NCBI GenBank assembly: GCA_973851085.1
Contig: OZ316776.1
Span: 2,976,001-3,040,000 of the forward strand
Reading direction: 5' to 3'
Source of the DNA: Ptychomitrium polyphyllum
Taxonomy: Eukaryota
Length of the DNA: 64,000 nt
In this document: positions 23,991 through 36,638 of the stretch, piece after piece
Layout: each line of letters opens with the position of its first letter
Numbering within the stretch: position 1 is the first letter of the stretch
Program-made: the position numbers and the translations under genes
Notes under the pieces: generated by a model
The model's input: the letters and a program-made list of their open reading frames with translations, nothing else
Databases searched by the model: none
What the model was told of the DNA's origin: nothing

Positions 23991-26900
23991 AAACTTCAAT
24001 CTTTTTCCTAATTTTTTCTTTTTATTTTAAGTTTTTTTTTTCCTATTTTGGATTTGTAAAGGTGGGTTCTGTCTTCTTTTATACTTTAAACTTGGAAGTT
24101 TTAATCAAAATTTGGAAAAAATGATCAATTTTTTGTATAAAATTTAAATTATAAAATTAAATTATAAAATCATCAAAAAATAAGATTGTTTTTATTGTAA
24201 AAATAGGAAAAAATAAAGGCTTGATGTAGAGAGATAAGAACTAGTGTGGAAAGATAAGAGGTGGATGTATTAATTTGACTTCCTTTCATCTATTTTCTTG
24301 GCCTTTTCCACTTCAAATAGAAGACAACCATTTTCTTGACAAGATATCATTGTATACTTCTTAGTTTGAATTGATTTTTACTAAATTTGTTTTCTTTTCT
24401 AATAAGTTTTTCAAAATGCCATTACACATTCTATTTGGAAGTAATATGTGACCGTGGCTCTAGTTTGAATAAAATTGAAACACCTGCTTTGAGTTTTTAG
24501 TAGATATTTTAAATGTTTCTAATTTTTTCTTAAAAATGGTTTTTAATAATGGAATTCGAAAAATGATTCTAACTATTTTGAAAATGATAGTATAAAAAAT
24601 TGAAAGTAAAAGACTTCTACAATAGAAAATATAAGGGAAAGTACAATCAAGCCTTTTAGAGCTCTATACAAAGTTTGGAATTGCACATTTTGAACCATTG
24701 GAGATGGTTGAAGGGATTTTTAAAGTTGATATTTCAATAAGTATTTATTATTAAAAATCAATGCATTTATAAATTTTGAAGTTTAGATTCTTTCTAAAAA
24801 AAAGTTATGAAGCAATAAAATAGAGGAAGTTCACAAACTATGGCAATGAAAATTAAGAATCTAAAAAGCATGATCTTTGGCAATTATTTAGGCTATGGCA
24901 AGGAAATTTTGAAGGTTGCACTTACAAAGCCTTGTTCTCATACTATCAAAAATTTTAAATCATAGAACCTCTAATCTTGAAGATATGGATAAAAATGCAA
25001 CTTATATTTTTTTTTATAAAAAAATATAATTTTTAATAAGGACTTGAATTCTTTAAAGATGGCGGAAAAAAGAATTGAAAAGTAAAAATTAAGGATGTAG
25101 AAGTAACTAATAAAGTGTTATTTATAAATAAAGATGTTGTAATTTTTATTACAAAATAAAAGTTATAAAAATGTATACTTGATTAATTGAATGCAAAAAA
25201 ATCTAACGTTTTCTAGAGCAAAAATTTCACTTCAATACCAAGTCTACCATTCAATACTACTAAGTTTTCAATTTGACAATATCAAATGATAGCCATTGGT
25301 TCTATTTAGTGGTAGTTCATCCAAATGATGGATATAAATCTAGAATTATAGAATCCAAAATTTCATATTCGTATTTAAAAACCTTAATTATAAATACTAA
25401 GCGTAGATTTATATTTCTTAATTTTAAGTAAAAAATTGAAACTACCAAAATAGCTCTTTTGCAATTAATTGTTTATTAATTGGATTTAAGTACTTATATC
25501 ACAATTTACAATTTTGTTAAAGAGCTGGTCACTAAGCCATCAATAGGACAATAACTTTCCTTAAACTAAAACAAATTGGTATTGGTTCTCTGATAAGTGA
25601 TAGCATCTAAGTTGATTATAAACGAAATAAATTAATTAGGTAGTAGTTCTAAGTTCTAAAGTTTAAAGTATATAAAAAAAAGCCATCCTTGAAACGGGAT
25701 GCATATTTCTTCCTTGTATAAGTATAGTTATTAAGTTGTTTAAAACTTTTATATATCTTACTTACAAATTAAGTTTTATGCATCATTTTTTCATATCTTT
25801 TCTATTGCTAAAGTTTTATTCTTTCTTCTAATTTTAGATTTGGTTTAAAAACAAGTGGTGAAAGTGACGTGATAAATTTTTAGTAGCAAATTAAGTACTG
25901 CCTAGTCAATTTCTTGTTCAATCAATAACCAACCAACTAAAGATACTTGATGGCATAAACAAACACCTAACAATTGTTTTAGTATGATTTTTTAAATTTT
26001 GGATTTAAATTATCAAATTTATTCTGTCCAATAAATACTTGCCTTAATAAAGATTAAGATGTATAAGATTTGCATTAAATGTAAAGGACCAATTATTAGT
26101 ATTTTTCTAATTAATGGTTAGCAATAAGTAACCATGCATACTATTGAAATCCAATTAATTAATTATCTTTGCTCCATCTACTATCTTCCAATATTTGAAT
26201 CATTGTTAAATATATGAATATGATTCATGTAATTACCATCATTGCCATGTAAAAAAATGCTATCACTTATCTAATAATTCATCATAAAAAATACAATCAA
26301 CTTGGAATAATCATAAGTAATTTAGTTTAAAGCCTTTAATAAAATAATTTAAAAAAAAACTTATTAAAACACATCAAACCACTTGCATACATGCAAAATC
26401 CAAACTGATTATTATAATTTATAATTTATTCAACAATTCCACAAGTATTGCATACCAATAATTTTATATACATTTTTTAACTAAGTTTAAGTTAAGTTGA
26501 CATTATACAAATGATTATTAACTTAACTAGGCTTCTGTGCTATAAATTAAACTTTTATACCTGGGAATAATCTACAAGATGGTAAGCACATATACAAGTT
26601 TGGAGATATAAATTAAAAACAATAATCATAATAATCAAATTCAAGTACCTCGGATAATCAAAGTAGGAAATGAAGGTATTCATATCAGTAATAGGTACAA
26701 ATTGTTGAATCCCATGCTTATATAAGTAATCCGCATCTTTACAAGAATACAAAAAAATTAATTCACATTCACATTCACATTCTTCTACCTCAAGGAATGC
26801 ATGTTAAAGCAATGTTTTCAAACTAGAATATGTAGAATATTTGGAATATGAACTTCACAGTAAAACTGTAAATTTAAAAATCACAAATTAATCCTGAGAG

Positions 26901-29900
26901 GGTAAAAGTGGCGAGTGCTGTATAATGCATTTCCAAATACTATTTAGATTGGTTTCACAACTTCAATGGATTTGAGGTTGAAACTCATATTCGTGTGGTT
27001 CTAATGTGCTATTTGAGTCTCAATTTGGAGCTTTTTATCGTCAGCAAATGCCAGAAATACAACATTGTTTCAAACCATTCTTTCACAAGGACTTTAACAA
27101 TTTAATTAAGTAACTAAAAAATGTGATTTCTATATGACTATTTTCGTCACTGCAAAGTTAATTTAAGTATGGCTGCTCTTCCTAAACTGGTCAGGAGTAA
27201 ATGTAGAGTCTTCTCTGTGAAGAATCTAGCCTTGCAGGGTTTAGAGTCCTCCTTGGTATCATAACTTGCAACCTATGGATCTGCCAACCTTACAACAAAT
27301 CCAGACATTCATTTGAATTCACAATCATGTCTTTCACGAATTGAATTTTCTCCCGAATACGATATCATCCACCTTGAGCCCAGAACGTTGCAACATTCAT
27401 CAAACACAAAGACTCTGCGACGCAAGCTTTATACGGTAGCTGGCTGCAGGTGCGAGCATTCACTCTCAAGTTGGGCAGTACCTTAGTTTTCAATGAACTT
27501 TTATGAACTGTTCCTACTGAAACCAGCTCAGACTTGACTTACAAATATGTTCTTGATCGTGCAAGGGATAATCCACCCCTTTCCTAAGTGCTGTCATGCT
27601 CAGTGTCACAGTATTGTAACTTGGTGTGGAGCCTCTTGTGATGCACAGAGCACAACTGTTTCGAGTGGTGTACCACAGTTGAAAGTGGATGTGATTCTGT
27701 TCACACTCAGCTTCATTTGCAGCAGAAAACTGCTCATTTTCTTGTATGTTGATGTGAACTTTCAAGGCAAGGGACAGTAGAAAGAGCCAACATGCTCATA
27801 ATTCTTAAAATGCTGTAACATCATGTTATTCCTCAGGTGCTAAAAGCTTCGTAAACTAAGACAGTTTTTGATACCAGGTTATGGTTGGGTGTTCAACACT
27901 GGACCCAGTGTGCCATTTGAGCTGAAATATACAGCTTTAGCGAACACAATATTCGAATCCAGCCTTCTTATTGAATTACATACACTGAGTTAGTTTTGAT
28001 AACAACAAGCCATCACCAGCAAGGCCAGAGAGTAGAGACATCACATTGGCTTCTATTAGGTGGGTTTGGTGCTCCATATCAAAACAGCAGTGAACTATAA
28101 CTCTTGTTGCTCGTGATGTGAGAAAGAAGTGTAGTTCCAGCGGCTGAGTCAATCTTGCTACTCACATGAAGGCCATGGCAAGTTCAGTGTTGCTGAACCA
28201 TGGTGAACGCATTGTGGTAGGCAGGCCCCTGCTTTGACAAACGACAGCTTAATTCACCAACTCAAGTTTCAGATGATTCTGCTTCGCCGCCCCAGCGGTG
28301 GCCAGGTCCGGTTCCATGTCCCGGACCTCAGCTGTTTCAGTTTCCTCCCAGGTTGCTGATTGTTGCCTTGGGCGTTAACTGTGGCCTTTTGCCCTGCCCT
28401 CAGGCGTTGTTTCTGCCCTTGTGGTATCTGTTATAAGTAATTCTCACTTGGAGTTTTTTTCTCTCAGATGATTCTGCTTCTGTCACATTTGCTAATATGA
28501 TCTACTTATAACATCTGTATCACACCAAATTTAACTTTACGGTGCAAATGCAGAGAATTTCATTGCAAATGGCGTACCATGCCTGAGCATGAGGGAAAAT
28601 CTCAATGGACATGAAACCAAAGACTGATGCCATATTGTACAGAATCTGAAATAAGCTACAACCTAGTAGGTCAACTTAATATCATACTTTTTCATACTTT
28701 TTCATATTGACGGCACTGTCGCTTCAAAGAATTGAAGCAACAACTGGAGCCTGGAGTTTTTTCTTTCAACAAGGCACTTCAAATTTTTTATGATTTGTAT
28801 TCATGTTGATTTTAGTATACTGTGTACACTTGTTAGATTTCGATTGTTTATGGTGAATAGTTAACATCGTCTAAAAATATAATTTTGCACACCAAATTTT
28901 CCTTGAAATCCATTTTTTGCCTTCATGTTAAAAAATTGAAAAACAATTACCTGTGTTGTCCAGCAGCTACGGCATCTACTTTTAGAAGTATTTTCAGCCC
29001 ACCTTGCATACAATATAATAGGGGTTCCAAGGCAATAAATGTTTACTTTGAACGAGACATCAAAAAAGAAGTTTTTGATGTTTAATTTTAGTATCACTAT
29101 GTAATATGTGCAGACGAACGGGAAACCCAAACTCATAAAATAAAAGTCCAATTATATAAAATTTAAGTTTGGATTTAATGTTTATGTAAAATCTATTATC
29201 CAATAAAATCAATAAAAATTTAAAATGCAAAATAATCATGCATGTCTTCAATGCATTGACAATTTTAAAAGTGAAAATTGCCAAAAGGTTTAATAAATGA
29301 TTGTCTTTTTAAGAAATATAATTGGAATTTCAATTATGAAATGTAATTAGAATTGTAATTGAAAATAGCATCACAAGTATTTTAGATATTTTCTATAATT
29401 CTCACAATCTTTACATGTAAGAATATTGCTAAAATTACAATTTTATTTATTTTATAAGACCTACAATATTACAAAATTTGGGAGACAATTTTACTCTTAC
29501 TTGGAAAGATGTGAAGTTACCATCAAAATACGATTAATTAAGCATTTATATGCCTTAATTTCATATTGGTAAATATATGGGATATATAATTTTCTCAAAT
29601 TGTCCAATATGGACAGCAAGTGCATGTTCTTTGCAAACTCCCCTCATTAATATGTGTAGTGATTACAACTTTTTAAAGGCAATTTTGTAACTGTGACATA
29701 TTTAAAAATTAATATTATTTCAATAAATACAAAATCAAATACAAAATGGCATTCATACAAAAATTCAAAATGTAAACACCAATCAAGAAGAAATCTTCTA
29801 TCAAATGATTCAAAAAAAGTTAGCTACAAGCTTGATCACTCAATTTTCTAATTACAACAAATCAACACAAATACACATAGCACTTATTTCTAGTGTTTGT

Positions 29901-31180
29901 GACAAAAGATTCCTGAGAAGTAAAATAAAGTATGATGGATACCAAGATGAATACGTAATCACATTGATGCCACATCAGCACCATACTCACAAATTGACAT
30001 GCAGGATGAGCTTGCAAGTTCAATTGGATGAAGGGCTCCATAATGTTGTTATAAATGGATTGAATATTGAAAGTCACTCCTACTATCAGATGTATGAACA
30101 TTGATTTTAAAACTCAAAGACTAATTGAATTTTAAATTTCAAGATTTTTAATAACAATTATGTTTGTAAAAATCTCATGTTTTATAAATTAATTTTAAAT
30201 GAAAGTTAGTTTTTATAAACTTGATCACCTCTATGTAATTTATTATATTAGAAAAAATGATGGCTGAAATAACTTAATATACTTAGTATATCTCAAATTT
30301 AGTGTGATAGGTACAAAGCAGTGTTGGAGGATGAAGGTTAACTTATAGCTTCAGTACTCCATATTTTTACATTGATGAAACTAATGTTCTAATGTTTTAT
30401 AATATGAAAACTTCAATCAATTACTTAACATATTAATATACTCAAAATGAAGGAAATTTTCTTATTAAATGGCTTAAAGAAAGAAGTAGGTGATATATGC
30501 CAAACTTTGTATTTCATATTGGCTAAATAAATTATGTTTGAGGTTATTCTTGGCTTTGGAGTATTTTTTTATATTATATTCAACATATAGCTATAAAAAA
30601 AACTATATCATGTTTGCATTAAAAATCATGAATACACTTGTCTTAGATAATCTTTTATATTAAATTGGTCATGTAATTACACAAAAAGACATAAAAGATA
30701 TGTTGCGCTACATTGTATGAAATTCATTATGCCTAAAAATTCATCATTTTCTACTAAAACTTATTTTCCAATCATAAGAATCTTATAATGTACCATTAAT
30801 ATTAAGACAACATGCTTTCTTTCTTATTCTACTAAGAGTAATTTTCAATTAAAAGTAATCAATGTGATATCATTATTAAGGATTTAAAACTTATTGATAG
30901 GAAAAAAACACTTATTATACTCTTTTAAGGACATCAACCACTTTACACAAGAAATTATAAAGCTTCATTAGATATTATAAGAAAAAAATCGGTCCATACT
31001 TTTTTATCTTTATTGATAGAAACTAAGGCATTTATAGTCTTTAATTAACATATTTACACATGTAAATGCATATGTCCATTACAAAACTATGTGTATGTTG
31101 GACTTTCAAAGAAAAATAGTTTCATAGACATACATTCCACAATATAGCTTAAAAAGATCTTCTAGTAGTTTCCAATAACC

Positions 31181-33979
31181 TTTAAAAACCTTCCAATAGT
31201 AACTAAAATCTTCCATTTCTTTGAAAAACTCCTTAAGAAAGTTTTATAAACTTCCAAAACATTCTATAATTTCATAAAAAGCTTGTTTAGAAGTATTTTA
31301 AGAAGTGTAAGCTTCATGATTTAGATTAAATTCATGATGACGTACACCTCAATTTTGCCAATATAAGCATTGTGCTACATTGTTTTTAATTATTGCACCA
31401 ATTTTGATATCCATTAGCTATTTGGGGAAGCTAATTTTGAAACCACTTCTTTATTCTTTGTGTTTCTAAAAAATAATATACTTTCAATATATATAATAAT
31501 GAGTATGTAAAGTGACAACAATATATGCATTAATGGCCTTTTAATAGGCTATATTGATATACCAATTTTTTATTAATAAAATTGGTTTCTTTTTTAGAAC
31601 TTTTAAATGGAAATGTATAAAGCTACAAACCACAATATACCTTATAAAAATATCATATGTTGGTAATTATAGCAAAAAAATTCAAAAAAAAATTACATTC
31701 TATATTTTGATGGTTTATAAATTGGAACTTATATTGAATTTCAACAATCCATTCTTGGAACTATTAATAGAACATTTGAATCATGTCATAGATATGAAAA
31801 TGTTTTTATATATTTATTAATTTTAACATTTGTTTTCAGATTAAAGATGGATAATATACAATAGTAGATATAAAGCCAAGAATTTCAACAAGCACAATAA
31901 ATTATTAATTGAATGTTTATTATTAAAAAATTGTATCATTTTTGAAGTACTCAATATCAATATATAATATAATTTTATTATAAATAATATGTAAAAACAT
32001 TTTAGTTCTTATTTTAAAACAAAAATCCATATTATTCAATTTTTACATCACCTATTATTTAAATTTCCATTAAAATAAACAGAAAAGAAAAGAAAAATTA
32101 AAAATTAAAAATTAGCTCAAACACATGTTATAGTCCTTTGTATATGAAGGATGATATGTAACCATAAAGTTTCTTCATATTCATTCAGAAGCAAATGGAG
32201 CTTGGAAATATTTTTAATATTTATTATAAAATTATTTTTTAATTTTTAAATTTCAACATTAAAGAATATTTGTAAAACATAACGAAAAAAAAAACATTTT
32301 TTGGTTAAATATGAAAAAAAATACACAATCAAACGTTTTTCATATAATATTACAAATTATAACCTTAAGAATACTTTTATATCAATTTATATTTAATCAT
32401 AATTAGCTAAATCATTGAAATAGCTACATACTGTATATATGCTACATGGTGTACCTTTCTTTGCAGTTAAGTCTTAAATGCAATGCATCTGATCACATCT
32501 GATCACATTTAAAGCTTTCATATTGGATCTCCAAATGTGTTATAAACAGTCATAGTAGATAAAATAGTAGTAGCTTGCCTACTATAAACAAAGCCTTCTG
32601 TGTAGCCAATACCATTTGTGAGAAAGTGGATGAATTGCTGCCCTTTGTGAGCATGTTGCTATAAGTGCAAGGTTCCCGTACTTTTAATGCCAAGCCGGAT
32701 TATGGTATTTGTAGCCTGCCACCTTGTGGCTTGTAGCAGCTTGTAGTCTTGACTGTAGATGTTTATACTAATGGGGGCTCTTTTCTTTTCTGTCTTCATT
32801 TACTTCCAAATTTTTTCCTTCATCTTATTATTTTCTTTAATTCCAAAACTTGACATACAAGAAGGTTGAAATTTTTAAAATATTGCAATATAAAAATTGC
32901 AAAAACTACCCAAAATTCTTTACCAGGTGAATAAAAAAGAAAATATAATACATTGGTTATGTTCTTTCTTACACCACAAATGAAGAATTCAATAATGCAA
33001 GTGTACAAAGAAATCCAAGGACTGTACTAAATGATTGCACCAATAGCTCTAAGCAAATCCTAACCAGAGTTTGTTTTTCTCAAATTTCATCCATTAGCCT
33101 TAATTTGACAAAATATGCCCAACTAAAAGAGTTCTTCTATCTAATATTCCATTCAAACTCAATTTGGCACTAATAAGACTATTTAATATGAAATTTATAG
33201 TAAATGGATGAAAGGGGTCGTAAACTAACTTATACTGCATTCAACCAATATAGATTGGCATCTAATGCCACATCATGTGACAATAGAAACCTTGAATGCT
33301 TTTATCAATATGTACACACTATACCATATTACTATCAAAAAAACTAATGACATTTCATGTAGTTAATACCTAACAAATGGCCTATTTGATTTCCAAAAAT
33401 ATATTTTATTTTATATGACAACAATATAATTTAGAATTTATCGGCATTACAACTTTCAAATATAGATATATGAATCTCAAATAAATAAATAAACGACATA
33501 CTCTAAAATGCCTTTAAAAAAAATCTCATTATTACAATTGCATACTACATATTATATTATCATTTTGCACTAAATAATATATGGAAATAAATTATAAACC
33601 ATTGTTCTTTGTAAAAAAGCCAATTTTTCAATTACATGTTAAATATGCAACTCTATCAAATATTAGAGACACAAAGAATTCGGAACCAAATAAGAAGTGG
33701 TTTCAAGAACAAGCAATTCTAAGAGGCTATTGGATATCAAAAATTGGTGCAATAACTAAAAACAAGGCAACACAATGGATGTGCTCTATAACCTACACTA
33801 GCAAAATTGAAGTGTATCTCATTATGGCTTTAATTTAAATCATGAAGCTTATGCTTCTTAAGATTCTTCTAGACAAGCTTCTTATCAAACTATAGTATTT
33901 TTTGGAAAATTATGGAATTTTTTTAAGGAGTTTCTCAAAGAGATGGAAGGTTTTAGAAACTATTGGAAGTTTTTTTAAG
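31181..33979. repeat. Pair of ~300-bp diverged inverted repeats (31181-31469 and 33662-33979), transposon-derived
   Basis: aaaaccttccaatagtaactaaaatcttccat (~31184) matches the reverse complement of atggaaggttttagaaactattggaagtttt (~33943). aagcttcatgattta matches taaatcatgaagctt, and ttattgcaccaattttgatatcca matches tggatatcaaaaattggtgcaataa. Confidence 0.85.
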
Positions 33980-35075
33980 ACAGTGTTGCGCGTACTGTAT
34001 ATCCAGATTACTAATCTAAATACATGGTTCTATATACTATTTAAATGTAGATAATAATACATACATGTCCCTATTACAACAAACAAAGTCTAAATGTTAT
34101 ATATTAATGAATGTTAGTACTTTCAATAAAAAACTTCAAGAATTTGCAAATCCACCATGGCTATTTTTATACATGTGTGAGAATTAAAGATGTCATAGCA
34201 ATAAAGATTTTAAACTAGACACAATGTCCATTAGAGGATTATCATATTGTCATCCACCACCACAAAATTTGAATTTGAATTTAATATTCAATTCATTGAA
34301 TTTATAAATTGCAATAATAGATTTTCTTTAAAAGCTAAAGAAGAGAAAACTCATAAATACCAAACACATATCTTTGCCAAAGGATGGAATGTGATGTCAT
34401 TTATAGTATTACAAGTTGAGCTCAAGCATTTGCACACACCTCCTCAATAAAGATCTAAGAATAAATCTTTCAAATTCCTGGAATGTTTATAAAAATACCT
34501 TTTACAAAATTAACACAATTTTATTTACCATACCATGTCTATATTATTATACAAAAAAAGAAGTGAATACAGTCAATTCTTTTTTAATATATGTATATAT
34601 ATATATTTCACTACAAAAGAAGATTGTAATGACTAAAAGCCTCTTTTTTTCAATATTCAAATCATAATTTGTCACAAATATGGAATTAGGATTAATTGGT
34701 TGATACAACAATTTCTTACATGCATGTGTTATCAAATAAGTGCCCAAGCCAATATATATACATATCCACTTTAATAAATAAATGAGGGTTCAAACATTAA
34801 TGGAATGTAGAAAATAATGGCTTTAACCAACCAACTTCAAAGTTAAAGTCTTTCTATTTATAAGGCAGAGAATTTCAAACATCAATAAACAGTTACTATT
34901 CTTACATGGTTCTACAGGCACAATTCATAATTCTTACTTACTGATTAATAACTACTAAATAGTCTCACATAATGCTTAAAAGGGAGCATTCTGTACCACC
35001 AACCTGTGTCCTGGTGAAATGAAGAGACATTTTACTCACGCCATTCCCCTTCAAGGACCGGATTTCTTCTTCTTG

Positions 35076-35400
35076 TTACGTTTGCCTTCAGAAATTACAT
35101 TCACGTCCATACTGCCAACTCCAGTAAAAGGTAACTTGCATCTGAAGCTAGTAACGTTCATCTCTGAACCATATACGTAGGTTTCACCAGACGTGCAGCA
35201 TTCGTATTCCACTTGTCCTTTTCCACTTTCCTTAAAGTCACCTCTCGCCGACCAGTAAAAAAAACTACAAACTCTTTGCCAGGCTAACCTGGAATCCGAC
35301 GTGTCAATCATGCCCACGTCGGTATCCGTCTACGTGGCAACCCCAGTCCAAAATCACGACATCCGCATGCCGAAGAATTCAATCCCAACACCTACCTAAT
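35076..35400. promoter_or_regulatory. Cluster of ACGT-core (ABRE/G-box-like) motifs upstream of the SMP gene
   Basis: ACGT at 35078, 35103, 35154, 35175, 35191, 35299 (ACGTGTC), 35316 and 35332 (ACGTGGC). DRE core GCCGAC at 35247. AC element CACCTACC at ~35389. Confidence 0.5.
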
Positions 35401-36638
35401 CCCAGACTATCTACTATTTTCCGAAGATTTGGTCGTCAAACTAACCAGTATTGTAGATCTCATGAAAATAGCAGCAGTAACGCAATTGGGCTCTATAGAC
35501 GCATTAAGAATGAAACTGCTCCCGTAGAATCTGGTGAGGTGAAGCAAAGAAACCACCTTTTGAAGATTTGAGTTTCCAAGTGCAGCGCTGTTTCTAGAGT
35601 TGGGTTGCAAAACAGTTCTTGTGCTGTTCTAGAAATTTTTTGCAAACGAGTGCCTCAAAGTGGGCGGAGATATGATCGTCTAGGTCGAAGTTGCGCTTGA
35701 AATGAAGGTGATGTGGGTGATGTCCATCATGTGGGTGGATCCAGTTCTACGCAGCTACGGGAATTCTTTTTGTGGGTGTCCGTGTTGATTGCACTTGAGT
35801 CTTGGGTTGCCTGAAAGTTTGCAGCTTGGTGGTCGATTGATGGCCAGCTTTGTCTGCAAAAACCCTAAGTTTGAACCCAACAGTTACAGGGAGAATTTGA
35901 GTGGAGATCATAGTGGCAGTGCGTGGTTTGGATTCTCTCATGTGCGTTTGATTCTGTGTTGCTGAAGTGGGTAGTGGGATTCTTCGTTGTTGGGCTTGGC
36001 AAAGGAGGAAGTTTTGGAAGTTTGCTGTGTATTGGGGAATTAGGGTTAAGGTTCGCAGCTGCAGTGATTATAACTGATGCGGAATCATGTGTTGCTGATT
36101 TGACAGCTTGCTCACATAACAGCATTCGTCGCTCTCCCTTCTGCCCAAGGTACGTCATGAGATTGACTGCGAGATGTTTCATTACTATTGGTCGATTCAA
36201 CTTTGTGCAGTTCTCTGAGAATGATTTTGAGGGCATCACTCATGTATGTTCCTGTGCGTAGCCATTGCCGTAGGAAGTCATACAGGTTGGAAAGAATTTT
36301 GTGCTGTGCGATTGAATCGCTGTGTGATACATGGCGTGGAGAAGGTGAAGGTTGAGTTGTTGAGTTTTTGTAGCTGGACTAGCCTAATCGTCAGCCTTGT
36401 TCTGCTTCATGCTGTATCAAATTGCCTGGCTCAGTCACAATGAAGCTCATGTTGTAGGACCTGCTATTTGGTTACTCATTTTGCAACTGGTTCTAAATGA
36501 AGTTGCAGCATGGTCCTGACGAGTGCGCCTTTAACGTCAGTTGCTGTTTTACGTACTTGAGGCGTCACGGGATTGATGCTACTACATTTGTTACCCTAGA
36601 TGTTGGTGTTTTACAGAGGTGTGGAGAATATTCTACAG

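Noticed and set aside
35859..35868. AAACCCTAA as telomeric repeat or telomerase template
   Set aside because: Single copy. At most a telo-box in the 5' region of the SMP gene.
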